From NCBI GenBank assembly GCA_026396675.1, contig JAPLWI010000008.1:42883-106882 (forward strand): a DNA stretch of 64,000 bases, written 5' to 3'. The DNA is from Candidatus Kaiserbacteria bacterium. Its GTDB lineage: Bacteria > Patescibacteriota > Minisyncoccia > Phycocordibacterales > Phycocordibacteraceae. A program made the translations under genes and the position numbers. Below are positions 10,280-20,111 of this stretch, in pieces. Position 1 is the first letter of the stretch, and every line of letters starts with the position of its first letter. Under the pieces are notes generated by a model that saw nothing but the letters and a program-made list of their open reading frames with translations, made no database searches and had not been told where the DNA came from.

Positions 10280-11164
10280 TTAAAAACCACTGTCTTCAAT
10301 ATCGCGGAGTTGCTGATAGGGACGAATATTCTTGCACAAATCGCTTTGGGTTGTTGTGGCATCTCGTTTGCTCGTCGAGGCAACTACTGCGAGTGGCGGT
10401 GGAAGCCCATTTTTAGGACCTCCACGGAAATTCCAAGGAAACACAAAGCAAGCATGAAAGGATGAACTTGTTGCTGAGGCAGAAGTGCCTGTCTGCACAG
10501 GCAATCCTACAACACGCACGATACCGCCGCGAGCAATAGTAGTTAGATCTGGATTGCGAAGATCACTTCCGTCGATTTCCCACATATGCCCAGAAAAATC
10601 ACGGAGAGTGAAGGAAGCAAGGTCTGATGCAACATTTATAACTTCCCCTCCCAAAAGCCCCTTCTCCGGCGCGAGCCACCATGATTGTTGTTGAACGAGA
10701 ACAGGACGATAAAAAGGAGGGTGATCGCCGATTGCCTCATCAATTCTGCCGCCAAAACCAATCGCATACAGACCTGTACCGAGAGTGAGTGAAGTAAGTA
10801 CTGCCCCGAGAGCGATGATAGGAAGTGAATACCGATATCCGTGATTGGTTCGACGAATATTTATATATCCAATACAAATGAAAAGGGCGAGTGTTCCTAT
10901 CCAAACGAATGGTGCGGCGGCTAGAAAGAATGAGAAAAAGGTGGTGTGCGTCGCGGCTGAGAGACGCCAATCGACATTCGCGATTTCAAAGAATGTCGCT
11001 GAACAAGCTAGCGCGCCAAATGCCACAGCAAGCGCTCCTAATAGCCAGAAAAAATAATTTTTGATTACGAATTCCCAGCGCGGGCGTGGTACGAGATGTT
11101 CATTCTTGATGTAGTCGAACACTCGCTCTGCGATATGTGCTTTGTTGTGATTATTTGTGTTCAT
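10280..11164 (-). CDS. Membrane protein downstream of ECF sigma (possible anti-sigma)
   Basis: 3 TM plus extracytoplasmic domain; ATGA overlap with sigma gene. Confidence 0.65.
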   Translation of the reverse strand: MNTNNHNKAHIAERVFDYIKNEHLVPRPRWEFVIKNYFFWLLGALAVAFGALACSATFFEIANVDWRLSAATHTTFFSFFLAAAPFVWIGTLALFICIGYINIRRTNHGYRYSLPIIALGAVLTSLTLGTGLYAIGFGGRIDEAIGDHPPFYRPVLVQQQSWWLAPEKGLLGGEVINVASDLASFTLRDFSGHMWEIDGSDLRNPDLTTIARGGIVRVVGLPVQTGTSASATSSSFHACFVFPWNFRGGPKNGLPPPLAVVASTSKRDATTTQSDLCKNIRPYQQLRDIEDSGF

Positions 11165-11754
11165 GATGAAAAAGTTTTTGGAAGTGCATCCCGTAATGCA
11201 TGCTTGGCACGGTAGAGGAGTGTCGAGACCGTTCCCACCGGTACTTGTAAAATATCAGACATCTCCGCATAAGAGCGATTCTCGAAAAATCTTAATGTGA
11301 GAGCATCGCGATAGGATTGCGAGAGTGTTTCAAGTGCTTTCGTTAATTCCTTTTGCGAGAGACGCGTCTCTGCGAGGAGAGAAGTGTCCGCTGTCTCATC
11401 CTGCAATTCTGTAATAAGTGCTTCTCCTTCTTCGTTTAGGACAACCTGCGGTCGAGCGTGTTTCGCACGGAAGAAACTCATTGCTTCGTTATGCACTATG
11501 CGATACATCCACGAAGAGAATGCTAGCGTCGGATCAAAACTATTGAGATTTTTATATGCTTTAATGAAAGCATTCTGCAAAATATCTTCCCGATCCTCTA
11601 GAAGCCCGACACCTAGCCGCTCTAAGTACCGCATTAGCTTCGCTTCGTACCGTTTAATAAGAAACACGAATGCTTCCTTATCGAGGAGCGTGCGGCGAAC
11701 AATTTCCTCATCTGATGCATCATCACCCTGTCGAGGGTGCATTTCGAGTGTCAT
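11161..11754 (-). CDS. ECF (sigma-70 family) RNA polymerase sigma factor
   Basis: EDILQNAFIKAY..L..FD, FSSWMYRI, SYAEMSDILQVPVGTV; start may be 11781. Confidence 0.92.
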   Translation of the reverse strand: MTLEMHPRQGDDASDEEIVRRTLLDKEAFVFLIKRYEAKLMRYLERLGVGLLEDREDILQNAFIKAYKNLNSFDPTLAFSSWMYRIVHNEAMSFFRAKHARPQVVLNEEGEALITELQDETADTSLLAETRLSQKELTKALETLSQSYRDALTLRFFENRSYAEMSDILQVPVGTVSTLLYRAKHALRDALPKTFSS

Positions 11755-11832
11755 GACTCCATATCTTACTACGCTTTCCACTCTACAAACATTTCATGCG
11801 CCCAAGAAATTTGCTAGAATAAAACGACTTAC

Positions 11833-12432
11833 ATGTTTCCATCACTTTTCCTTTCCCATTTTATTGGTGGCGCGGTTGGTGGCACGGCCGTTATTCTGGC
11901 ACTCACGATTATCCTCTGTGCATTTATTCTTGAAGATGCGACAACGGTTATTGTCGGAGTGCTTGTGGCAGATGGGATTATTTCTATCCCGCTCGCAATC
12001 GTTTCAATCTATATTGGGATAATAATCGGGGATGCCGTTCTTTATTCTGTCGGTTCTCTCGCGCGAACCCATCCGCGACTTGCTCATTATATTGATCATG
12101 ATTTTACGGCGCCATTTCGTTCGTGGCTTGAGAAGCGCTACGCGCTGACGATACTTTCCGGTCATTTTGTGCCGGGGCTGCGATTCACGACTTATATCGC
12201 AAGCGGTTTTTTCCGTTCCAAGCTCTCCACATACATTCTTATGGCAATTGTCGGGAGTTTGATTTGGGAAACGATTCTTTTTTCTGCAGCATTTTGGTTT
12301 GGTAGCTTTACCTCCGAATGGATTGGTACGGCTCGCTGGGGACTTGCACTTGTGTTCCTTCTCATTCCCTTCTTCATCGGCCGGTACAACTTACGTGCGT
12401 ATCAGGCGAAGAAAAACGGTGGCGAAGAGTAG
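11833..12432 (+). CDS. DedA/VTT family membrane protein
   Basis: GDAVLYSVG and HFVPGLR motifs. Confidence 0.85.
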   Translation: MFPSLFLSHFIGGAVGGTAVILALTIILCAFILEDATTVIVGVLVADGIISIPLAIVSIYIGIIIGDAVLYSVGSLARTHPRLAHYIDHDFTAPFRSWLEKRYALTILSGHFVPGLRFTTYIASGFFRSKLSTYILMAIVGSLIWETILFSAAFWFGSFTSEWIGTARWGLALVFLLIPFFIGRYNLRAYQAKKNGGEE

Positions 12433-12508
12433 TGCGAATGAGTTTGACAGAACATCCAGCTGTGATACCCTGCACTTCAGAAAAATAAACGCTCATTGGA
12501 GGTGAGAA

Positions 12509-12958
12509 ATGAAATCGAGATTGAAATCTGAGTTAAAATGGCAAGCTTTGTGGATTATTGTTATAACACTTCTTTTTCAGGTAATAACGGTGGCGGCAAT
12601 ATATCTCTTCGCAACACCAACAAATTTGGACAAGATATTGATTATCGCTATTTTTGTGGGAGTCTTAATCTCAGTTGTATGTGCTATAGGCAGAACAGTG
12701 CCTCATATCCCAGTAATTTTGTGGATGTCGGCACTTTTGGTGGGAATTTACATTATCTCGTCATTGATAAAAAATGCTGACGTCCAGAACATACCGGGGA
12801 TTCTTGCTTCAGCAATACTTTCCGCGATGATCTGTTCTGTCTTAGATGCACGCAACCTGGTAGGTTGTAGAGATATTGGCAACTTGTTGTTGTTTTTTAT
12901 CATCTTAGTAGCACCGCAGATCTGCATAGCTATTATCGCGGCAATTCTCATTTTCTGA
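12509..12958 (+). CDS. Hypothetical multi-pass membrane protein
   Basis: TTGACA promoter at 12444, GGAGGTG SD, about 5 TM, downstream hairpin. Confidence 0.7.
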   Translation: MKSRLKSELKWQALWIIVITLLFQVITVAAIYLFATPTNLDKILIIAIFVGVLISVVCAIGRTVPHIPVILWMSALLVGIYIISSLIKNADVQNIPGILASAILSAMICSVLDARNLVGCRDIGNLLLFFIILVAPQICIAIIAAILIF

Positions 12959-13034
12959 TCTTTCGACCGCTCTCAAATCCCCAACCTCCCCCGTCTAAAA
13001 CGGGGGATTTTGTTTTTATGAGTATACTGAACAC

Positions 13035-13952
13035 ATGAGACAAAAAATTATTCGTGCGGGAGTTGCACTCGTGCTGGTGGGAGCTGCCGGCGCCGCTGGA
13101 TATTCTCTCGGTAACGGAAATGTATCGGCACAAACAGCTAATATCTCTATTCCTGCACAGACCGTTGCAGCACCGGCGGCAAATTCTGTTCGTGTGATTT
13201 ATAGTTTGGACCAAAAACAAAATGATAAAGAAATCATCGCTCTTATTGACGCGGCGAAAAGCCACGTCTATTTCGCGATATATACATTTACTCTTCCAAG
13301 CATCGCCGATGCTCTTATTGAAGCGAAGAAACGCGGTATTGATGTGAAAGGGATCATAGATTCAGAGCAAAGCAGTAACAGCTACGGCGCGCCAATTACT
13401 GCAAAATTGCTTGCTGCAGGCATTCCGGTCGTGACCGAGAAACACACAACTGGCAACGGCATTATGCATATCAAAGCAATCGTTACCGACTCGGCATATG
13501 CAATCGGTAGTTATAATTGGACCAGTTCAGCGACAAATTTGAATGATGAAATCCTTGAAATTGGCACTGGTTCAGAACTTCGACAGACCTATGAAAACAT
13601 TTTGAAACGTTTACTTGACGCCTATAAAGGCAACGCGGCCGCGGGAGCGGCCGCGCCCGTTTCAATCGGAACTATCGACTACACTGAGGCAGGAGCACAC
13701 ATCGGCGCGCTTGCCTCCGTGCGCGGCATGCTTGTTGACGCCTACACATCAGCGAGTGGCACGGTCTTTTTGGACTTCTGCAAGAGTTATAAAACCTGCA
13801 CATTCTCCGGAGTCATCTTCGCCGACGATGTGAAGAAATTTGGCGACCTTTCTCGCTACAACGGAACGACCGTCACTCTCACCGGCAAAATTTCATCGTA
13901 TCAAGGCAAGGCCGAAATCATTCTCTCCGACCCGAGCCAGATTTCAAAATAG
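13035..13952 (+). CDS. Secreted phospholipase D-family (Nuc-like) nuclease with C-terminal OB-fold
   Basis: Single HxKxxxxD (HIKAIVTD) with GSYNWT..A...NDE; signal peptide. Confidence 0.85.
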   Translation: MRQKIIRAGVALVLVGAAGAAGYSLGNGNVSAQTANISIPAQTVAAPAANSVRVIYSLDQKQNDKEIIALIDAAKSHVYFAIYTFTLPSIADALIEAKKRGIDVKGIIDSEQSSNSYGAPITAKLLAAGIPVVTEKHTTGNGIMHIKAIVTDSAYAIGSYNWTSSATNLNDEILEIGTGSELRQTYENILKRLLDAYKGNAAAGAAAPVSIGTIDYTEAGAHIGALASVRGMLVDAYTSASGTVFLDFCKSYKTCTFSGVIFADDVKKFGDLSRYNGTTVTLTGKISSYQGKAEIILSDPSQISK

Positions 13953-14005
13953 AAATAAGTTGCGCTCTCTTACCTTTTCATGCTATACTTGCGTTACTTC
14001 CAGTG

Positions 14006-14563
14006 ATTACCGATCGAATTCGCATCAATAACGAAATACGCGCACAAGAACTGCGCGTCATTGGCGCGGAAGGAGAAAACCTTGGAGTTCTTCCACTTTC
14101 AGATGCACTCACGGCAGCAAAAACCGCCGGATTAGACCTTATCGAAATTTCGCCATCGGCTGTTCCGCCTGTTGCGAAGATTGCAGATTATGGTAAATTT
14201 GAGTACGAGCGAAGCAAAAAGGAAAAAGTCGCCAAGGCGAAGGTCAAGATATCTGAGACCAAGGACGTCCAGATTAAGGTCGGCACCGGAGAAAATGACA
14301 TGCTTCTGAAGGCGAAAAAGGCCGCTGAGTGGCTCGCCGAGGGACATCGGGTGCGCGCTGAACTTTTCCTTAAGGGCCGCTATAAGGGCATGGATGAGGC
14401 ATTTCTCAAGGATCGCCTAGAGAAGTTTCTTGTGCGCATTCCGTACGCGTACAAAGTTGCTGAACCAATTACAAAAAGCCCAAAAGGTTTTGCTTGAGTT
14501 ATTGAACGCGATCTTGCTGTTCAACAGAAGCGCGAAAAAGAAAAACAAACACTTACCACATGA
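14006..14563 (+). CDS. infC: Translation initiation factor IF-3 (in-frame TGA at 14495-14497)
   Basis: RINNEIRAQELRVIG, GLDLIEISP..PPVAKI.DYGKF; ATT start likely (GTG 14003 alternative); frame continues past TGA to an ATGA overlap with rpmI. Confidence 0.9.
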
Positions 14564-14745
14564 AAACAAATAAATCATACTCAAAAAGAATTCGCGTAAC
14601 GCGCACGGGTAAGCTTATGGTGCGCAAGCCGGGTCAAGATCATTTCAATGCAAAGCAGAGCGGATCACAGCGAAGCGCGAAACGGCGTTCAGTTTCAATC
14701 ACACTCTCAGCGCGAACGCGCCGCCGTTTTCTTCCCGGCTCTTAG
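14560..14745 (+). CDS. rpmI: 50S ribosomal protein L35
   Basis: MKTNKSYSKRIRVTRTGK; infC-rpmI-rplT order. Confidence 0.93.
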   Translation: MKTNKSYSKRIRVTRTGKLMVRKPGQDHFNAKQSGSQRSAKRRSVSITLSARTRRRFLPGS

Positions 14746-14794
14746 TATTTGCATTTCTACTTACTACTTTCTACAAACTACTAACTAATCTTGT

Positions 14795-15142
14795 ATGGCA
14801 CGAATCAAAGGAGGCGTCACGGCACAGAAACGTCGCAAAAATATCCTTAAGCGCGCGAAGGGTTACCGCGGTCTGCGCTCGAAGAAAGAACGCTACGCAC
14901 ACGAAGCCCTCATGCGTGCGGGCAAATATTCTTTCGCACACCGAAAGGATAAGAAGACCGACTTTCGCCAACTCTGGATTGTTCGTTTGAACGCCGCCGT
15001 TCGCGATAATGGCCACAAGTCCTACTCCACCTTCATCGCAAAATTAAAGAAAAATGGTTTCGCACTGGACCGCAAAGTCCTCGCGCAGTTCGCCTCCGAC
15101 CAGCCCGAAATCTTCGCTCGCATTTCAAAATTGGTCGTCTAA
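14795..15142 (+). CDS. rplT: 50S ribosomal protein L20
   Basis: MARIKGG...FRQLWIVRLNAA. Confidence 0.97.
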   Translation: MARIKGGVTAQKRRKNILKRAKGYRGLRSKKERYAHEALMRAGKYSFAHRKDKKTDFRQLWIVRLNAAVRDNGHKSYSTFIAKLKKNGFALDRKVLAQFASDQPEIFARISKLVV

Positions 15143-15145
15143 ACA

Positions 15146-15168
15146 AAAACCGCCCTCGGGCGGTTTTT
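15146..15168. terminator. Bidirectional terminator
   Basis: AAAACCGCCCTCGGGCGGTTTTT between convergent genes. Confidence 0.75.
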
Positions 15169-16555
15169 AAATTCTATTTACAGAATTATTTTTGATCTCC
15201 CAGGTCTGCCCTATTTCGGGAACAATGGCGCGAGTACCGAGATAGTCGTGGATGCGTTGGGCGAGGAATCGCTCGGCAGATGGCTCGCCCATCGCGGTGA
15301 AAATTGTTTTTGTATATGGGAGCGACGCCTCAGCAAATTTCAATAATTCATCTCTATCAGCGTGGGCCGACCAACCCTCTAAAAGCTCTACTTTGGCCCT
15401 TATTTTCACATCATGCCCATTGAGACGTACACTCGGTGAACCTTCGGCTATACGCCTTCCAGGGCTCCCTGGGGCCTGATAACCGACTATAAAGAGCGTC
15501 GTGGAAGGGTCGGGGAGATACTTCTCCTCCCAGCGGCCGATGCGGCCGCCATGACTCATCCCAGCGCCGGCGATGATGATTTTCGTACTGGGGACAAGTT
15601 TATCTATTTCTTCTGACTGATCACGCGAAAGTGTCTTCTTCAAAAAGGGGAACTCGAAAATGCTCCCTTCCCTTTTCATCTCATCTTCGGTCTCCGGTTT
15701 AAAATACGTCGCGCCCCATTTTTCATACACCTGTGTGACATGAATCGCGAGTGGCGAGTCCAGAAAGACGGGAATCTTCGGCAGGTCACCCGCATCAAAA
15801 AAGTTCGAGAGTTCGTAGAGCATGAGCTGAGTGCGCTCTAATGAAAATGCTGGGATGAGAATGGTGCCACCTTTCGCAATTGCACGTTTAAGTGCCTCGG
15901 CCAAGACCTCGGCACGCCCCTGCTGTGGCGGATGAACTCTATCACCATAAGTGCTTTCCATCACAATGGCATCAGCGTCAGTAATTGGCTCCCAATCTGG
16001 CAAAAGCGGTGACGGCGAGTTGCTGATATCACCAGTGAGAGCAACTGCATTTCCTTCTTCGTCTTTGATTCGCACGCTTGCCGAGCCGAGAATGTGGCCT
16101 GTGTTGCGCAAATAAATTGAGAGTCCTGGCGCGGTCTCTTTTTCTGTGTGATATTCGAGCGTTTCGAAAAGAGAAAATGCAATTTCGACGTCTTCTTCGG
16201 TGTAGAGAGGTTCACGACCATGCCGCTTTGCTTCTTCGCTCAATATCCCTACCGAATCATGCAAGATAAGTTTGGAAAGATCAGCGGTCGGAGGCGTCAT
16301 GTAGATTTTCCCGCGGAAACCATCTCTTACTAGCTTCGGAATGCGGCCGCAGTGGTCAAGATGGGCATGTGTTAGAACGAGTGCATCAATTGTCGCAGCA
16401 TCATACGGAAACGCCTCGTGCATATGCGCTTCACTGAAGTCATTCCCCTGTTCAATGCCACAGTCGATAAGTATTTTACCTTTCCTCCCTTCGACTAAAA
16501 AATTTGAACCGGTTACTTTACCAGTACCACCATAAAAACTTAATCGCAATGACAT
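15167..16555 (-). CDS. MBL-fold beta-CASP RNA-processing nuclease
   Basis: THAHLDHCG, GHILGS, MESTYG and SAHAD motifs. Confidence 0.92.
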   Translation of the reverse strand: MSLRLSFYGGTGKVTGSNFLVEGRKGKILIDCGIEQGNDFSEAHMHEAFPYDAATIDALVLTHAHLDHCGRIPKLVRDGFRGKIYMTPPTADLSKLILHDSVGILSEEAKRHGREPLYTEEDVEIAFSLFETLEYHTEKETAPGLSIYLRNTGHILGSASVRIKDEEGNAVALTGDISNSPSPLLPDWEPITDADAIVMESTYGDRVHPPQQGRAEVLAEALKRAIAKGGTILIPAFSLERTQLMLYELSNFFDAGDLPKIPVFLDSPLAIHVTQVYEKWGATYFKPETEDEMKREGSIFEFPFLKKTLSRDQSEEIDKLVPSTKIIIAGAGMSHGGRIGRWEEKYLPDPSTTLFIVGYQAPGSPGRRIAEGSPSVRLNGHDVKIRAKVELLEGWSAHADRDELLKFAEASLPYTKTIFTAMGEPSAERFLAQRIHDYLGTRAIVPEIGQTWEIKNNSVNRI

Positions 16556-16600
16556 AGATGAACTTTAGCATGCGACACAGCCCCTCGCTTTTGCTCGGGA

Positions 16601-16638
16601 CGCGAAAAAATCGCTCCTTGCGGAGCGATTTTTTCGCG
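16601..16638 (-). terminator. Terminator after putative ncRNA
   Basis: CGCGAAAAAATCGCTCC-TTGC-GGAGCGATTTTTTCGCG. Confidence 0.7.
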
Positions 16639-16785
16639 GAGTCATTCCCTAGAGCAACTTTATCTTGCCAAGTGGGTGCTGCAACGACGGTTATCGGATT
16701 CCCAGCTTGCAGAGGGATTCACCAAACACGCCTCAATGCTTTGCTCCCGAAAAGACGGCAAGTTGCGTAAAAAAGGAAAGACTCC
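16638..16785 (-). ncRNA. Putative 6S-like RNA
   Basis: Ends pair (GGAGTC-TTTCC / GGGAA-T-GACTCC; GCAACTT/AAGTTGC); internal GGGAGC and GCACCCAC segments as in Firmicute 6S RNAs; TATACT upstream, terminator downstream. Confidence 0.55.
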
Positions 16786-16828
16786 ACTTATTAGTATATA
16801 CCCAGTGTCAAGAGGTCTGACTTTTACA

Positions 16829-17416
16829 TTAATAATCGCAATGACGCTTGTAGCTATACACTTTTTTGTCGCCGAACCAGTGTTTGATTTCGTGCGCGGC
16901 TTCTTCTGGTGTTTCGGAAGCATGAAGAATATTTGCGACAGCTCTCTTCTCGGCATTTGCGAGTACCGGAGAATCGTTGGAGAAATCGCCGCGGATAGTA
17001 CCCATATCTGCTTGATATGGGAGCGTTGGACCACAAATCTTGCGTACCATATCGACTGCGTGCGTGCCTTCGACAACCATCTTCACGAGCGGTGCCGAAG
17101 TCATATAATCGATAACCCATTGGCGCACATTAGGACCAATTTTTTCTGGGTCAGTTGTACCAAAATCCTCCATCGCATCGAAACCATATTTTTCATAGGT
17201 GCCGAGCGTCTTTTCGCCAAGGCGTCTAATCCAGACGGGATCTTTCGGATAGTGATTGTCCATTTCTTCAAATGTTGGCTGGAACATTTCAAGCGCAACG
17301 ATTTTCAAATCGCGTTGTTCAAAACGTTTGATGATTTCACCGATAAGGCCTTTTTTTACGCCGTCGGGTTTTACCATTACATATGTTCGTTCTTCTTTCG
17401 GATTTTTATTTGCCAT
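16829..17416 (-). CDS. ndk: Nucleoside diphosphate kinase
   Basis: ERTYVMVKPDGV, GTIRGDF, NILHASE. Confidence 0.95.
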   Translation of the reverse strand: MANKNPKEERTYVMVKPDGVKKGLIGEIIKRFEQRDLKIVALEMFQPTFEEMDNHYPKDPVWIRRLGEKTLGTYEKYGFDAMEDFGTTDPEKIGPNVRQWVIDYMTSAPLVKMVVEGTHAVDMVRKICGPTLPYQADMGTIRGDFSNDSPVLANAEKRAVANILHASETPEEAAHEIKHWFGDKKVYSYKRHCDY

Positions 17417-17429
17417 AAATTAAAAAATT

Positions 17430-17481
17430 GGATTTACGAAGTCCCTAAATTCCTACTTGCATGTCAGGACTTCGTAAATCC
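17430..17481. repeat. Inverted repeat between map and ndk
   Basis: GGATTTACGAAGTCC ... GGACTTCGTAAATCC. Confidence 0.65.
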
Positions 17482-17490
17482 TAATATCGA

Positions 17491-18255
17491 TTATTCGGTA
17501 ATAATACGCGCTCCATCCTTTTCTATCAAGATAGTATGTTCAAAATGTGCCGAGCGAGAGCCATCTCTAGTACGAAATGTGTATCCATCAGGTGCAAGTG
17601 TGACCGCTGCTTTTCCTGCCGATGAAATCGGTTCTAGTGCGAGTACCATTCCCTCACGAAGCTCGGGGCCTTCTCCAGCGTGACCGAAATTTGGAATAAA
17701 TGGTTCTTCATGAACTTTTTTGCCAACGCCGTGTCCGCCGAGCGATTTCACCACCCTGAAACCTGCGTTTTTAATTTCTTCTTGAATCGCATACGAAATG
17801 TCGCCTATATGATTCCCAGGAATGGCCGCTGCGATTCCTGCTACAAGTGCCTGCTCAGTCGCACGAAGAAGTTTTTTTGATTCCTCGTTTATCGTTCCGA
17901 CCGGTACGGTAACAGCTGCATCAACAATTACGCCATTATGAATAAGCCCGAAATCTAAACCGACAATATCGCCTTCTTTCAATATTTTTTCCGATTCATT
18001 CGGAATGCCATGCACGATTTCGTCATTTATGGAAACGCAGAGAGTCGCCGGATACGACCGTGCCGCTCCTTCTGGCTTATAGCCCAAAAAGGACGGAGAA
18101 TCGCCGGCATCGCGAATCATCTGCTCAGCGAGATCATCGAGTTCTTCGGCTGTCACACCCGCGCGAACTTTAGCGCGAAGCGCATCCATTACACTAGCAA
18201 GGTGCTCCCCTGCTTCGATGAGATCCTCTCGCTCTTTTTCGTTCGTGATGATCAT
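17491..18255 (-). CDS. map: Methionine aminopeptidase type I
   Basis: SINDEIVHGIP, GHGVG..VHEEP, SAHFEHT. Confidence 0.96.
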   Translation of the reverse strand: MIITNEKEREDLIEAGEHLASVMDALRAKVRAGVTAEELDDLAEQMIRDAGDSPSFLGYKPEGAARSYPATLCVSINDEIVHGIPNESEKILKEGDIVGLDFGLIHNGVIVDAAVTVPVGTINEESKKLLRATEQALVAGIAAAIPGNHIGDISYAIQEEIKNAGFRVVKSLGGHGVGKKVHEEPFIPNFGHAGEGPELREGMVLALEPISSAGKAAVTLAPDGYTFRTRDGSRSAHFEHTILIEKDGARIITE

Positions 18256-18818
18256 TCTAGCGTCAGTGCCTTACGAATATCGGCAGCAATTTCTTCTCGT
18301 GTTCGTTCACCGTCTATCTCGATCAGTACACCCGTCTTGCGAAACATTTCAACTACTGGTTCAGTGTAGGATCGGTATTCTTTCAGTCGTTCATCAACGA
18401 CACTGTCATCCGCACGGTCCTGAATCCCCTTTCGAAGCGCGAGGCGGCGAGAAATTTCTTCATCAGATACTTTCAAATACAAAACGGAAAATGGTCGTCC
18501 GATCCACGCCAGTGATTCAATAACGAGTTCTGCCTCGGGGATCTTGCGAGCGAAACCATCGAGTATAACGCTGTCGTCGTTCGAGAGTGAAAAAATATTT
18601 TTCAGAAATAAATATGTCGGAAGCCAGTTCGGCAGAAGAAGTCCTGCATTCATTTCTGATTGCATCTTCCGCCCAACAGGAGTTGTTTCTACCGACATCT
18701 CTCGAAATTCATTACCGGCCGTGAATATCTTCCAGCTGGTCTTTTCCGAAAGCAACCGCGCCTGATCACCCTTCCCGCATCCCGGCTTCCCGATGAAAAA
18801 TATCGTATGTGTTTCCAT
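18252..18818 (-). CDS. adk: Adenylate kinase (short, LID-less)
   Basis: GKPGCGKG P-loop, ILDGFAR, R.DD; follows secY. Confidence 0.9.
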   Translation of the reverse strand: METHTIFFIGKPGCGKGDQARLLSEKTSWKIFTAGNEFREMSVETTPVGRKMQSEMNAGLLLPNWLPTYLFLKNIFSLSNDDSVILDGFARKIPEAELVIESLAWIGRPFSVLYLKVSDEEISRRLALRKGIQDRADDSVVDERLKEYRSYTEPVVEMFRKTGVLIEIDGERTREEIAADIRKALTLE

Positions 18819-18836
18819 CCTTTTACTCTAACACTT

Positions 18837-20111
18837 TTAATATTCCCTTAACGAGACCTGTGCATCAATCTTCTGTGCGAGATCGAGCGCGACCTGCACC
18901 GCGATAAGAAGCGCGGTGCCTCCGAGAACTAGAGTTGTGACACCGGTAATCCCTTGAATAATCGACGGTGCTACCGCGATGAAACCGAGAAATACTGCTC
19001 CTGGGAAAGTGATGCGGTTTACGATGCTGCCGATATATTTCTCTGTCTCACGACCCGGTCGCACACCAGGAACGAATGCTCCGGTTTTTTGAAGATTCTC
19101 GGCAACACGATGCGGCTCGAAAGTAACCGCGGTATAAAAGTAAGTAAAGAGTACAACGAGACAAAAGTAAATTGAACCGTACTTCCACGGATTAGAAAGA
19201 AAGGCCGTATACCAGAATGCCGCTCCGGAAGCGAACGATATGTGCGCTGCAGAGAGCATTGAAAGCGCCATTTGCGGCACGAGCAGGAGCGAGAGCGCGA
19301 AAATAATTGGAATGACACCTGCCTGCAGAAGACGGATTGGAAGATAAGTCGCCGCACCTTGGGACATCGCCGCTCCTCTCACGGCTCGTGCATATGCAAT
19401 CGGTATTGAACGTTCGGCGTCGGACACCACCACAACCGCATAAATCATCGCGAGCGCGAGGATGAAAAATGCGAGATAGGTCGGGATGTTCGCTGCGGTT
19501 GCAGAGAAGATGGTTTCCGAGATACTTGATGGTACACGCGCTAAAATGCCCGCGAGAATAATTAGAGAAACACCATTCCCGATACCGAATTCGGTAACGA
19601 GCTCGCCAATCCACATAAGGAGCATTGAACCGGCAGCGACCAATGCGATGTTCGTGAGAAATGCCATTGTGCCCAAATGCATGATGACATTCTGGTTTTG
19701 GAGAAGAAACAAGAAACCGATTGATTGAAGTATGGCAATCGGAATCGTGAGGATACGGCTCCATTCTATAAACTTTGCACGACCCGCTTCCCCTTCTTCG
19801 GCATATGCCTGTTTAAGTTGCGGGAAAATGATAGTTCCTAACTGCATAATAATAGAAGCGGTGATGTATGGACCGACACCGAGCATCACGATTGAAAGTT
19901 GCGAAAGTCCACCACCAGAGAACATATTAAGAAGACCGAAAAATTGGTTGCTTGAAAAGAAAGATGCGAGTGCGGCACGGTCCACTCCTGGTATTGGTAC
20001 CGATGCTAGGAGTCGGAAGATCGCTAGCGCGCCAACGAGAAACAAAATACGAAAGCGTATTTCAGAATCGCCGAGAGCAAGTTTTATCTTACGAATGAAA
20101 GAATTAAGCAT
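18837..20111 (-). CDS. secY: Preprotein translocase SecY
   Basis: LGVGPYITASII, GIGNGVSLII, FVPGVRPG. Confidence 0.97.
   Translation of the reverse strand: MLNSFIRKIKLALGDSEIRFRILFLVGALAIFRLLASVPIPGVDRAALASFFSSNQFFGLLNMFSGGGLSQLSIVMLGVGPYITASIIMQLGTIIFPQLKQAYAEEGEAGRAKFIEWSRILTIPIAILQSIGFLFLLQNQNVIMHLGTMAFLTNIALVAAGSMLLMWIGELVTEFGIGNGVSLIILAGILARVPSSISETIFSATAANIPTYLAFFILALAMIYAVVVVSDAERSIPIAYARAVRGAAMSQGAATYLPIRLLQAGVIPIIFALSLLLVPQMALSMLSAAHISFASGAAFWYTAFLSNPWKYGSIYFCLVVLFTYFYTAVTFEPHRVAENLQKTGAFVPGVRPGRETEKYIGSIVNRITFPGAVFLGFIAVAPSIIQGITGVTTLVLGGTALLIAVQVALDLAQKIDAQVSLREY

Noticed and set aside
14495-14497. Genome-wide TGA reassignment (code 25 or 4)
   Set aside because: secG, adk, nth, xer and the ECF sigma gene end in TGA, often in ATGA overlaps, and other genes show no internal TGA.
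16660-17683. ORFs 16660-17076 and 16676-17683
   Set aside because: They overlap ndk and map in other frames and the putative ncRNA; no recognisable protein motifs.
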